From Pelomyxa schiedti (taxonomy: Eukaryota > Protista > Evosea), in the NCBI GenBank assembly GCA_020536535.1, contig JAHLWZ010000798.1, forward strand, positions 1 through 64,000: a stretch of DNA of 64,000 nucleotides. The letters are read 5' to 3'. The position numbers and the translations under genes are program-made. This document shows, in pieces, positions 26,701 through 39,763 of the stretch. Position 1 is the first letter of the stretch, and each line of letters begins with the position of its first letter. Below the pieces are notes generated by a model, which worked only from the letters and a program-made list of their open reading frames with translations, was not told the origin of the DNA and did not search any database.

Positions 26701-27536
26701 CAGTCCCATGAAAAGCTGCATTGCTCTTTCCTGATGAAGTTACGATTGTCTTCACCAGATGGATTCGTATTAGCAGGTACTTCGTAAGGATAGTTACTAG
26801 CCTAGATGGAAGTTAAAAAGTGGGGGTAGCCGAAGTTGTAATCTGCGCTCACCTGGGTATCGGCATATGTAGCAGCAGATTGGAATGCGAGGGATAGGGT
26901 ATTGGAGGAAGAACTAAGATAACTTGTGACATCAAATGTCCAACTACAAAAAGTGTCAGTGTACGTACCATTTACTGACACAAACCGGCGGAACATGTTA
27001 TTAGCTGTGCCAAGTGTTACGCCATTCAATACTACAGTCGCAGCAGTATCAAGTCCATAACAGACAAGAATAATCTGAAGGTGCACTGTATAAGACTGCT
27101 GTGTATTCCATCATTGCAACAAACTTTTTTGTACTTCAATAACGCCGCAGGAGGGGTGAATGTTCTCTCAAAAACCCAGTCACTCAGCCCAATCCATCTA
27201 TAGTCTACATCATTAAACCTGTAGTACGGATCCTGCCAACAAAGGTGGGTGCACCAAAATACATCAAACTGAACATGGGGCGAGTACATCAATAACACCA
27301 GCGTTCAACAAATCAGTGTGCACCGTTCCTGGTACAGTAGACGCGTACTTTGGGCTTCATTTCAACACTAAAATAAGCCACCAAAAAAAGTGGGGGAGAA
27401 AAAAAAAAAACCTTGTTTCATTGTAGACAGTCCATGAAGAGCCACCCAAGTCAAACAAATAAGGAGGGGTCGAGCCGCCAAAACAAAGCCGTAACGTAAA
27501 TACGCAACAACAGACAACACCAACTACCCACCCCAT
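23725..27536 (-). CDS. MANBA: Beta-mannosidase, glycoside hydrolase family 2, secreted or lysosomal
   Basis: Signal peptide, then [56 protein letters not shown] (acid/base Glu), RFASEFGYQS (nucleophile Glu), [16 protein letters not shown]. Confidence 0.93.
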
Positions 27537-27695
27537 CAAGGGTTTTTTTATGTTGAGAAGGCCAAATCGCAGAATTGATCGAATAATATCTGTTCGTTTT
27601 GTGTTTCGTTTTTATTTTTTTTTAGAGGTCGTCAGGATCGGGGTCGTTTGTGGAACGAGCCAAGTTCCGTGCTGTTCGGACTATTTTTCGTAATT

Positions 27696-28632
27696 CTACG
27701 GGTGATTTGGGATTAGGCAATTGGAATTCCTATGGGAAGAAGGGGGGGACAAACTGTGCATTTGGGGTCTGATGATGAACAAGTGAACAAGACCGGCAAG
27801 TGTTACACCGATGGAGGCGGCACCTAAGACAGCCCCCAGGACTCCCAGTTCAACGAGAGTTGTGTGGTGTTCTTGATCAAAATATGATGGATCATAGTAG
27901 AAGTAAGCCAACGAGGCAGGCTTGGAAAGCTGGCCGAGATAGGGAAAGTTCACAATGTTGGCTGGGTGATGGTCAGTGATACAAGGTTGTAGAGAGTTCG
28001 GTAAAAGTAGACAGTGACCAAAATGGAAACATACATACAAGGGGCAAACATCACGTTGTACTGCTGCCCTGGTTCATATTTCTTCAGTGCCTCTGCAGCA
28101 TATTGGTAAGGTGCATGAGTATGTCGGTGTTAAAATTTATTTTTGGTTGGAAAACAAAAAGGGAAAAGCCAAACCGTTTGCTTCTTCAATTGTACAAGTT
28201 GCTCCCTGCAATCTGCAGAAGTAATCAGAGAACCAATTATAAACTAGAGAGAATGGCATTACGAAGTAGTAAATGTTGCAGCCTTCTTTGTATAGTTCAT
28301 GTTGTCAGAATCCACAATATCCACAGCCCACTCGGCACGATAGTAGTCCACTCCTTGCATTGTGTACTTCACCACTGTGGTGAATGAAGGGGAAAAAAAG
28401 TGACATTAATTTGGATAAAAAAAACAGAACAGAAAAAAAAAAAACCCTCACCTTGAGTGTTGTTCCTCACCAAAGCAATACCCGGCACAAACAACGAGGA
28501 TGGGTCCTCAGTGAGTGGAATTATCACACATAACACTATCATACAAGGTACGCCAAACACAGCCCCGAAGAACACGTATGTCCCAACCTGTTCCGTCTTC
28601 CTCCCACAATTCCGAGGGCACACTACTGGCAT
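27696..28632 (-). CDS. Hypothetical two-transmembrane protein
   Basis: N-terminal TM (YVFFGAVFGVPCMIVLCVII) and C-terminal TM (LGVLGAVLGAASIGVTLAGLVHLFII), joined through short introns. Confidence 0.55.
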
Positions 28633-28775
28633 TTGTGTTGATGTGTGTGAGTGGGAGAGTACAGAAAAAAAATCAGTGAAGCCTTGGAACGAGGAAGACC
28701 AGTTCCCAGAAATGGAAAAGTGCCTGAAAACTCTGCTTGTTTTTTCTAATCCCTACAAAACTTTTTATTCCTTCT

Positions 28776-30126
28776 TCACCACCTGTGGTACTTAGGCAGT
28801 TCCACATCGTGATTTCCTCCTGGTTTTCGGTGCTTACGGTAACACCATATTGATAACAGCATGGCAAATGCTGTTATCAGCAACAACAGCAGAGCCCCAC
28901 CCACAGCTACAACAATAATGATCCAAGTCTCCAATTTTTGGTCACTGTCAGTGCTGCTGTTGTGGCTGTGGCTGTGGCTGCCGCTAGGACTGGGACTGGG
29001 GCTTGTATTGCTTCCTGCACTTCTTTGGCTGCTAACACCCCCACTTTCACTTCGGCTTTTTGATGAACTTGTGCTGAGACTTCTACTTACACTGTGGCTC
29101 TCACTGTGGCTCTCACTGCTGCTCTCACTCAGACTCTTACTGAGGCTCTCACTCTCGCTCTTGCTGATGCTCTCACTCCGGCTCTCACTAGGGCTCTCAC
29201 TGCGGCTTGTGCTAACACCGCCACTACTTTCAGTTACACTGTTACTCTCGCTCGCACTGTAACTTTTACTGCCACTGCTGCTCTCATTGGAACTCGCACT
29301 GGCACTACTTTTGCTTTCAGTCTCGCTACCACTACTATCTCTGCCACTGTTGCTGCTACTTTCACTGTCACTGTCACTGTCACTATTGCTGACACTCTCG
29401 CTGGAACTGCTGCTGCTGCTGGCACTGTAGCTTCCGCTAGAGCTCATACTCGTGCTTTCGCTGAAGCTACTACTGGTGCTGATGCTCAGTGATTCAGAAC
29501 TGGACCACGGTGTAGTGAATGGGATGGTGATGTAGATGGCCCTGTGAGAGCTAAGAGTACTATTATCACAGAAGTACGACCCACCGGCTTCGCAAGAGAT
29601 GTTTGCGACAACTACGAAATAGCCGTGGCAATTGCAATCTACGGTTGATGTTAGAGACTTTATGTTTCACCTATGTACCACACACACCAGTCGACATGAA
29701 ATACTCGAGTTTGAACTGGTCCGTGAAGTGGGTGGAGTTCAAGTAGCTTGGCATTGCCAAAATCACCGAGCTTGGGATATCCCCTGGCATCGACAGGAGG
29801 ACAGTGCAGATTACGGCGATGTAGGGGCGCCTAGTTTACACAGTTCATTAGGATCAAATTGGGTGGCACAAACTCTAACTCTCACCAAACCCCGAAATTC
29901 ACAAGGTGGGATCAACATACAGCATCGTCAAATTGAAATCTGCCCACCCCACGGTATTCGAAAGAAACCCCTGCCGCAGCATCATCACCGTGGCACCATA
30001 CGCTGAGGGAGCATCCGATGTTAAGAGCCCAACAACCATGTTCTGGCACGTCGACCCGCGAACCGCCCCGGCGGCATCATGTGCCAGTATCATCATGGTA
30101 AAAACCACGGCTACGAGGTGCCTCAT
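28776..30126 (-). CDS. Type I cell-surface protein: signal peptide, Cys-containing N-domain, long Ser/Glu-rich stalk, TM helix, short tail
   Basis: Signal peptide MRHLVAVVFTMMILAHDAAG, about 180 aa of S/E/SES low-complexity sequence, then WIIIVVAVGGALLLLLITAFAMLLSIWCYRKHRK. Confidence 0.75.
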
Positions 30127-30441
30127 CCCGCGTCCCTGCTTTTTGTGTTCTTGCGGCCGTTCGTTTTTTGTTTTTGTTTTGTTTTTTGATTTGTTTTCCA
30201 CTCGTGGCCAGCAAACACACGAAAAGAAGTTGCCCAACTTGGACAAGTTGGAAACACAATTGAAGGCAAAGTCACGGTTTTGATGGCGTTGCCTTAAGGC
30301 CCTCCTGTTGGGAGGCAAACGTCGAATAAACAAGTCAAAATCATTTGTGGGTGATGTGGCGGACTGGACTCTGGGCTCTTGTGTTGGGTAGGAGGAGTGT
30401 GTGGTGTTGAAAGTGTTGTGGTGTAAGAACATATGTGTATG

Positions 30442-31175
30442 TCATCCACCTTCTGAGTAGGAGGCATCAGTGTTGTTGGAATCGCCTCTTCCTCTATCAC
30501 TTGCCCCATTATCCCTAACATAGCGTGTGCTGCCTCCAGAATACAGAGGCCGGGGTGATGGGGGTGGCATTGGCATTGGTGCTGGCCGGGAGAAGACGAG
30601 AGTGTGGTGGTCATACATGCGGCCCATTCCAAGATGAGCCAAGGTTTTCGACAACAAAATGACACTCACAATGGAGTTCGTTGTGCAGCATGCCAGGCAA
30701 AGCATAATGCCTGCACAGAAGACGTACTCATAGTTGCAGAATGACTCGCTTCCTTCACAATGTATGCTGTCTAAATAAAAAAGAGTTTTTGCACGGTTCG
30801 GGCCAACGAAATTAAGGCATCGAGGCAGAGTGAAAGTTACCTGATATGGCAGAGTAACCGTGCATAATAAGGGCACCAACATTGGCACATTCGGCCACAG
30901 TGGAAATGACACAAGGTATTCCGGCTTTTGTCCTCGTGAGCCACAACAGTATCGCGAGGTTCAAAACCACTGGAGTGTACAGAATTGCCACAACCACAAC
31001 CTGCGCAATAACAAACAGAGCCGTTTCCCAAGGATGCACCAACGTCGGCGCGACGCCGCACCAAACCATAAGCAACCCCACAACCAAAAACACTCCCGAT
31101 GTAGACGAGAGTGTCAAATATATCATGACGTGAGACCGCGTGCTCGTGCGTGCAAACAGCATCTTTCACAAACAA
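30442..31175 (-). CDS. Hypothetical multi-pass membrane protein; start uncertain
   Basis: Several hydrophobic helices in overlapping ORFs (30812-31162, 30442-30912) and a Pro-rich C-terminal tail. Confidence 0.45.
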
Positions 31176-31290
31176 ACTAGTCCCCCCCTTTTTTTCGAGG
31201 GGTCTTAGTGCTATGCCCCTGGCACGTGATGGGTTTTTTTCTTTTTGGAAATGGTGGTTCCGTTGTGTTTTTTTGGGACCTGGGGCGAAA

Positions 31291-33380
31291 ATGATGATGG
31301 CTTCATGCTACACTGTACTTTTCCAGAAGCGGGCTCCTTCTAAAACAGGACTTTTGAAATGTGGGCTTGGGGGACATAACGCGGACAACAAATCCAGTGA
31401 CTGCGGGGGTAATAGAGAAGGCCATCGCGAGATGCGCTCATCCTGATAAACGCAAGGAGCCACAAGTGTTTGGGGTTCCCCTTTTTTTCGGTGCTGTAAC
31501 TTTGTTGTTGTTTTTAAACGACGCGTTTTGTTCTGAAAAATATCAAATTCTTCTTTTCTTTTTCCTCCTTATGTTGTTTCTGACATGTTCTCAATGCTGT
31601 TTTGGCATCATGGACAAAATGTGCTGGTGGAAAAAGTTCCGGTGCTTCCAGAACGAAGAAGCACTTCACAACTCCTGCGGGAACACCACCTAGAGAAAGG
31701 CAGAATATATTAAGAGTGCTCTTAGGCCCTCCTATTCTAGTTGTACATGATGAGCATCTTCATTTGTGAGTAACAGTGCTACAGAAACCCTCACAAGCAA
31801 ATCAACAAGCACCTGGCCCTTGAATTTATGCCATATGATTTAGACCAAGTATGCGAAAAATTCTTTGAGACTCATACTGAGAGGTCTTGCCTATTTCCAT
31901 CCACGGCGTTGTCCACAGAGTATGCAAAATTCTCTGTGCCAGTGTGGATTCTCATTGTAGAGCAAAATAAGGATCTCAAACTTTGAAATATCCTTTTCAA
32001 TGACACTGGGCGCCTTGTAATTGTTGCATTTGGATGGGCACGGGCGTTGCCACAGAGTGTCCTCCACTGGAGGATAAGAGGAGTTGATGACGAAAACCAA
32101 ATTGCCTTGCCTTTATGGGCTGTCAATGGAGCACCTCCTGATCAATGTTGGGGTCATCCGGCATGGTCTCCAATTGCCCTCTCAAATAACCTATTGTTAT
32201 TTTTTCTCCGTTGTGAAGTTGTGCAACTGGGCAGAATTAGAGGCTGAGTATTTACTTCCCAAGAGTTATATGTCTTGCTAATAAGGAAGGGTGGAACGAC
32301 ACTAAAATTTGTTGATGCTATGAGGCTGGAACTAATATTGGTTTCCACAAATATTGGCCTGTAAATTGCGCGACCAACATCCTATCACTTTAACCCTTTT
32401 CCTGCGTTTCACGAGTGCAAAAGCCCATGGACGGTTGCTGGTTGCCTGAGTCAGGAATGAGATTTTTCGAGGAACTTAACTGCCTAAGCACTTGGCCAGT
32501 TCTCTTCCCTGTTTACCAGGTGGCATTGCCGTATTCAACAAAAGCTTTTTCTAACATAAACCATAGAGGACTTGGGAGAGGTTGACAATGATACAACCGC
32601 GTCTTAAAACTTTTCGCCTTGCTAGTATGCGCGTTTTTCAGTGCGGCTTTGATCCCTGGTGCTCTAATGGAAAAGAAAAAGCCAACATAACACCAGCTCC
32701 TCGGCTCCAACAACTGCCAAACAACTAGGATGGCGATCCTTTGCCTGAATCGGCAGATAATTGCCGCAATGCTCCACGGCCCAGCACTCTTGACCCTCGT
32801 AGTTCAGGTATTAATTACAAAGTTGTGAACATTTACTTTCTGAACTACGAAGAATATTAGTGCTATGTCCAAATTGCCGTTTGTCAGTTATAAGAGCCAG
32901 ACTATGAGAGCCATATCTTAATAATTGAGGGTAAGTCTTCTTCACCCTCAATTATCAATAACCACTGCTTAAAGAGTGCAGGAATGATCCGTGGATGATC
33001 CACGTTCTGGTTTCCACGGGAAAGGCCACGTTCTGGTTTGGCGACTCACAGCGCGAATTGCCCCTATGTCGCCCTACAGCCGCTTCTACAGAAGCTACTT
33101 TCCAATTAAAACTCAAGCTGAAACTATCGAACAGCAGCAGCAACATATTAGACTTCTCAGTGAGAAAGGACATAATGCCGACATTGAGAGAATACAAAAA
33201 AGCACACAACAACATCTCCTACTTCCAATTCACCAAGATCATCTACACTGGCTAAGGGACTGGCTGCCAAAACTGGGAGAACCTCTTGATCAAAATGCGG
33301 CCTGTTCAACCTCTCCCTTTGTAATCACCACCTCTATTCTTGCAGAGTGGTTGGACAACACATTCTATGTTAGGTACTGA
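31291..33380 (+). CDS. Multi-exon hypothetical protein; start unresolved
   Basis: Coding-like exons ending in ORF 32991-33380. No domain recognised. Confidence 0.35.
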
Positions 33381-33682
33381 GGCGGAACTGCATCGTATCT
33401 CCTCCCAGTCTATTTCCTTTTGCTGTGGTGGTTGGAAATGTTCCGGGGCTCTGAGTTCGGAGGAATTCATCTGAATTCCACCTCCCTCCCTGTCCACAGA
33501 GAAAAACAACGCCCACCTTCACGCAACCCATTTTGGCAGGCAGTTTATTAATTGGGCGACTCGAGTAAATGTAGGGAAAAAATGAGTAGAGAGATCTAGG
33601 TTTTTTTTAATTCTCACACATAAAACATAAAAACAATTATTACTTTCACCGTCACCCGGCTGCAATATGTACTCTCTCGCCC

Positions 33683-34124
33683 ATGTCGTCGACTACTACA
33701 GCAGCGGCAGGCACAACTTCAGCAGTTTCGGGTGAGTGTGTAGGGCATTTTCTTTCTCTGTCTCCCCTTCCTCTCTCCACACGGATCTCACCAGTTTTTT
33801 CTGTTACACACAACAGGTGCATCGTGCTTTTTAGAGGCAGAGTGCGAGCGCGAGTCCCTGGCCCCTGGATGGCCAAGGATCTTTCAAATGAGGCACAGGG
33901 TGCCTTTTTCTGTCTCGCGCGCAGAGGACAGAGAGCAGGGATCTTCAGAGTGGCTGATGATAAACTCCTCGTATGTGGGCAGAGAGCACTGCTGCATACT
34001 CCTCGACGCTGTCTTGGGGAGTGCTACATTGACTGTAATACGGTGCGCACCCCAAGACAGCGTCGAAGAGTATGCAGCAGTGCTCTCTTCCCACATACGA
34101 GGAGTTTATCTTGAGCGACTCTGA
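33683..34124 (+). CDS. Small protein with a possible degenerate FHA-like motif
   Basis: Intron 33732-33817 joins MSSTTTAAAG... to FSVSRAED...INSSYVGREHCCILLD, which resembles the FHA GR...SRxH pattern. Same frame as the downstream CAR but separated from it by one TGA. Confidence 0.35.
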
Positions 34125-34217
34125 AGATCCCTGCTCTCTCTGAGGTTACTTTCACCGAAAGTAGATCACTTGCTTCCGTTCAGGGAAACTGTTTCCCGCA
34201 AACAAAAACAACACAGC

Positions 34218-37200
34218 ATGCACGTTGGTGTTGAACACGCGTCTAACAGCAGTGTGGACGAGATCTACCCAGATGAACCAGATCACGCAGACGAGATCAA
34301 CAACGATGGCGTCTCTGCCGCTCAGTCGTACTCTTTCACTTGCGACTCGTGCGCCACGCCGATCAAGCCCGCGGACGACCGGTACTACTGTCGTTCGTGC
34401 GACCTCGACAACTCCAGCTTCGACCTGTGCTCGTCGTGCTTCGGCTCGCGAAAACACGCCGCAAAGTGCCACGCCCTCGCCCTCGTGCGCCCTTCTCATC
34501 TGAGAAAAGAGCTCGTTTACGGGAACAGCGCCGCTATGACTCTGAGGAATCGCCTGTTGTGCAGGAGGGAGAGGACGGCGATACGGCGGGTTGGCGAGCC
34601 GTTTTGCGTGGGAGTCTCGTACTGGAATCTGTATTATGGGGCAAGGTCCCTGGCTTCCACTCTCGCGACGAGTTTTGGCGTAGAGAGAGGCGCTCATGTG
34701 GCTATTTGTGGAGACAATTCTGCCGAGTGGGTGATTGCTGACTTGGCGTGCATATTTGGGGGGTTTGTGTCAGTGTCTATGCACACTAGTTGGACCCCTG
34801 AGGTAATGGCTGAGGCTATATCCAGCTGCGGCGCTCGAGTTTTACTTTGTGACTCAGTCCAGCGAGGAAAGGTATCTTCTGTGCCAATTGTGGAATTTGG
34901 CAGTGCAGATTGGAACACTCACTGCACAGTGCCGCCTGCAAAGTGGCGGGACATTGTTGTAAGACCAGCTGCTGAAGCTTTCACACTGTGTTTTACATCC
35001 GGTACAACAGGAGGACCTCTAAAAGCTGCCATAATACCCGATTCCATTCTCATCCAAGAGCTATCCAGTCACCCCACTCAACCCTCGATTCAATTGATGT
35101 ACCTCCCATTGGCTCAAATGACACAGCGAGCTCTAACCTATGGTGTTTTGGGAGGATCTGGTATTTTGTATTTACCCAGCAATAGGGGTTCGCTCTTTGA
35201 CGATTGCCGAGCATGCGAACCCACATTCTTCCAGGGACCTCCTCGGGTTTGGCAAGATTTGTATGATCAATTCAATATATTTATGGCAAGCACCGAATGT
35301 GAATCACGGAAACATGCTGTTGGCGTTTTTTCCAAGAAACTTGGAACCAGGCTAAAAGCTGTATCCACGGGAAGTGCAGCAACACCACAAAATGTGTTGG
35401 ACTGGATGCAAGAATGCTTTGGGGATATAGCACGAGTTGAAGAAGGCTATGGTTGCACAGAAGCTGGTACAATTGCCTTTAGGGGTGTTCTCACCTTTGG
35501 TGTGCAAGTACGATTGCAAGATGTACCCGAGATGGGCTACACGAAAGCAGATAAACCATTTCCTCGAGGAGTCTTGTGGGTAAAAACAAAAGAAATGGCC
35601 ATTGGCTATTTTGGGCAGGAATCCTCTTCATCTTTCAGCCCTGATGGTATTTCTTTCTTTTCTTGTGCCCAACTTACTGTTTCAAATAGGCTTTTTCTGT
35701 ACTGGGGATATAGTAGAATATGATCAACGTCTAAAGCGAATAAAAATTATTGACCGGCAGAAAAACTTCTTCAAGCTTAGCCAAGGGCAATATGTATCCC
35801 CTGAACAGATAGAGAGTGTACTTTTAGGGTCAGAGCTTATTAGCAAGGTCTTTGTTGATGGGGAAAGTACGCACAGCTATGTTGTTGCTGTGGTAATTCC
35901 GAATACTAGCCTGTTACAGAAAATGATGGTAGACATCCCTTCTCAGTCCGAGGAAGCGGTTGTCCTTGGTGAAGTTATGCGTATTGCACGCAAAGGCAGA
36001 AAGTTGAAACCATTTGAGATACCAAGAGGAATCATTCTGGAGAAGAATGACTGCTGGAACCCAGAAACTGGGCTCTATACTCAATCAATGAAACAAAATC
36101 GAAATGCTTTGAGAGTGAAATACCGACAAGCTATACAAGAATTGTATGCAACTTTGGATGCAACAAGCTGGAAAGAGCTTGCCACTGATACTGAAACAAC
36201 AAATGAGAGTGATAATACGCTGGAGATAAAATTAGAAAAAGTAATTAGTCAAGCTCTAGGCATTTCTAAGAATGACTTGGCGCGTGAAGACTCACTAGCA
36301 TTATTCTCTGTTGATAGCTTGTCAATGGTCAGGCTTTCTAGCTTAATTAATCAAATCTTCAGCAAATACATTGGTGCCACAGATCTCTACAAGCATACAT
36401 TCAATACACTACTTCAGTATTTGTCTGGTACTGTTGACAGGGGTGCTCCTATTTGTAAGGAGGAGATAAACTGGCAAACAGAAACACAAATCGAGCCAGA
36501 CATTGTTCGCCACTTCAATGAACATAGGGAGGAAAGCCATTCCGAAGGAATTCATATCTTTCTTACAGGGGCAACAGGATTCATTGGCATACATCTCCTC
36601 AAAGAGCTTTTGGGGCAATACTCCCCCCCAACTAAAGTTTACTGCCTTGTGAGAGCGTCGAATTCCAGTCCGCTAGAACGAATTGCAGAAAGCATTACGA
36701 AGTACAGAGTACGGATTTCACGGGAGGAGCTGCAAGCAAGAGTGATTCCAGTTCCTGGGGATCTCGGTGACTTTAAGATGAGCATAGAAGATAATTTATG
36801 GCAGGAACTTGGAAATAATATAGGAACAATATACCATTGCGGCGCCAAAGTGAGTGTGGTTAGTCCCCTAGAACAACTACAAGCAGCAAATCGGCGAGGC
36901 ACTCTGGAAGTGATACGGCTTGCTTGTTTGGGAGCCAAAAAAAGGTTGATTTACTTGTCTTCTATTTCTGCTCTTGGGGACAAAATGGAGGGAATGAAAT
37001 TCCAACTTGAGCCGAAAGAAATTTCTCTAAGCAATTATGGAAAAACCAAGCGAATTGGTGATATTCTGTGCTCTCGAGCTAGTAAGCAGCTAGGACTGGA
37101 CGTCACAATTCTTCGGCTGGGGACTATTGGCTACAACTCCGAAACCGGAGCTCACAATAAACTAGATATCTATTCTATGTTTCTACACTCGCTGTTGCAC

Positions 37201-37605
37201 AGTAAGACAGCACCAGGAGACTTGGAATTGGGTGGAGTGATTTCCCTGCTACCGGTAGAGTACACTGCCAAACTGATAGTCAACCTGGGAGTTGATAAAG
37301 CCAGAACGACTGCCAAGTCCTATATTCTCGCCTCCCCGTTCCCCACTCCCGCAATTACACAAATCATTCAGTGGGCCACGGAGCTCGGCCATCCCGTCGC
37401 CCCAGTTCCCCTTGATGAGTGGCGTACAATCACAAAGGCTCTGGGTGAGACTTCGCCCCTGTATCCCGTGTCTGAGTACTTCCTCTCGGGAGAGTTCCCC
37501 TTCCTGGAACCTGAATATGAGTGGCTCACAGGAACAACCAGGCAGCTCCTGTCCGGCTGCCCAGTGTTGACAAAGGAGTCGTTCTCACGTTTTCTCCAAT
37601 ATTAG
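34218..37605 (+). CDS. Carboxylic acid reductase-like, NRPS-like enzyme: ZZ zinc finger - adenylation - carrier protein - thioester reductase
   Basis: ZZ finger: FTCDSC...RYYCRSC...FDLCSSCF...H...H. A domain: FTSGTTG, EGYGCTE, GFFCTGDIV, IIDRQKNFFKLSQGQYVSPE. Carrier protein: VDSLSMV. Reductase: IFLTGATGFIG, YGKTK. Single intron at 35647-35689. Confidence 0.92.
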
Positions 37606-37737
37606 TTGACGTGCTCTATCCCCAACAAAAAGAAAAAAACCAAGGAGACAACTAACTAAATGTGGGGGAAAAAAATATTGTTTTTCTTTATAACATGGAA
37701 TAAGGGTAGTTGTAGTTGCAAAAGGGATTTAAACAAC

Positions 37738-39426
37738 TCAGATGAGGGCAACATAGTTTGCAGGCAATATTCCACGGGCACCATTGAGTTCTCCTTCCCA
37801 CCAGTCACCTTCTTTGGTGTGGATTTTTATTACATCACCTTTCTGCAACAATGTTAACAAGGAATGGGATGAAGTGGATAAGCTACCTTGAAGCTCAATT
37901 CGGTTGGGTCTTGGGCATTGAAAGTGTAGAGAGCTCTGGCTTGTACTCCTCTGGGTGGGGCAACTGGGGGTTGGCAACCTCCCGGTGCCGGCGGTAATCT
38001 CCTTCCTGGGGGTCCACTTTGAGTTGTAGTTGCTGTTGGGGTGTTTTGGACTGGTGCTGCGCGGCCGGTGCCGGTTCCGGGGGTGCTGTACATGGAGCCA
38101 GAGAGCCTCTTTTGTGGCGGTTGGGAAACTACAAGGGAGTTACTGGGCCCTCCTGGCGTTGATGCGCCACCATAATGGTTTGGGCTAGTTGAGTGAGTTA
38201 CGGTGACAGTTACAGTTGAACCCCCCATGTCTCCCTCAATTGCACATTCGGCGCCAGGTTGAACAGTAATAGGAGCAGGGCCACCCTTGAAGTTCATCAT
38301 ACTCCGGTCAGGTGGTGTGATAACTGGAGGATAGCCATGCTGGGTGCCAGTAGAAATGTGTTGAACGGTTGACCCCAATCCATTGTAGGCGTGACTAGTT
38401 GCTGTCCAGAAGGTAGCAGTTGCTTTTGCAAATTCGGCAATTATAGGAGTAAGGAATGGAACAAGGTCATCTTGAAGCCTAACATATGTCAGCTGGTATT
38501 TTATCTAAAAAAGAAATTACTTAGGGAAATCAGCCATGACTTCACCGTGTAAAGCGTCGTGCCTTGTGGGATTATTGGATGCAAAACAGTGACTTGAAAA
38601 AAATACATTGCTTTAGCTTGTTTGTACGCGGCATCCACCTTTGGGAGATTGTCTTTAGTGCCATTGGTTTTCTCCGTGAGTTTAATAAGTTTATCGTAAT
38701 GTCTGTCCATGTCTGTATGGCGGTCTTCCAACTAGTGTGAGTGAGTGACACAGTTTTCCATAGTTTCGGAAAGGTGCCTCGTCCATCCTCTTGGACATGA
38801 TGTCATACTGAAGTAGATAATCCTTGATTGGGGTTGATACTTCAGAGGTGTATGACTGGTGCATAGTCTCACGGGCTGCTCCAACCTAATCATACTTATC
38901 ATTATTGGATGATAGGATGTCTCTACCTCTGTGATAGCCTCCTTGTATACAGTCAATGCCTGTCCACCCTCTGCATCGAGCTTATAAAGATGCTCAAATT
39001 CGTTGTAAATCTCATCTTGGGTAGCAGCATTGATAAAAGGCATATTCACGGAGGTAATGAACCTTGTACCACAAGGATTGTGTGCATCAATTCGGATATT
39101 TTTTCGACATGCACGGAAATTTGTTTCAGCTTCTTTCCATTTTGTTGACATAGGTACTTGGCTTGATCGTAGGGAATGTCTCGAGTGACTTCAGCTTTAC
39201 CTGTTTATCATTTAACAACAACTCTTAAAGTCGAAAAAAAGTTACAGCGTTCAAGCACAAACAGAAGGGTGTGAGAGCAAAGTGCATTTTGGAGGTTACC
39301 AACAGCAGCCATGGCCTTGTGCGCCGCACGGCCCACAGTCACAGACAAATTCCCCAACGCCTTGGATGCCTTCTCGAACTTCTCTCCCACATTGAACTCC
39401 TTTGCCTTTGTCTTTATGTCGTCCAT
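37738..39426 (-). CDS. BAR + SH3 domain protein (amphiphysin/Rvs167-like)
   Basis: Helical N-terminal region, Pro/Gly/Thr-rich linker, and SH3 domain ARALYTFNAQDPTELSFK|KGDVIKIHTKEGDWWEGELNGARGILPANYV. Confidence 0.85.
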
Positions 39427-39763
39427 TGTTCACAACCGCTCGTGTCGCTTATCCGGTATTTACGTATTCTAACGCGTGTCGTCACCCGCGGTTGTTTTTT
39501 CTTTTTTTTTTTATGGTTTTTCTTTTTTTCTGCGTTATGTTGTCGTGTTGATTTATTGAAGTGAATGTCTGATGCACATCACAGGCCTGATGAGAAGATT
39601 TGGGGATTGGTTCTAATTCGGGAGACTGGTGGTTCAGATCTTCTCATCTGCGGGCTGTGGCGTGTGTTTGTAGATAAGAGATCCTGCACTCCGGTGACCA
39701 TCTCTGTCTATCTGAGTTCAGGTTGTTCAGTGTTGGGTGTTGTATTTGGTATGTCTATGGGGA

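Noticed and set aside
28861-29492. Leu-rich and Ala/Thr-rich plus-strand ORFs
   Set aside because: Antisense shadows of the Ser-rich stalk.
31361-31475. HPDK motif suggesting a J-domain
   Set aside because: No in-frame ATG or convincing splice path, and the other J-domain helices are missing.
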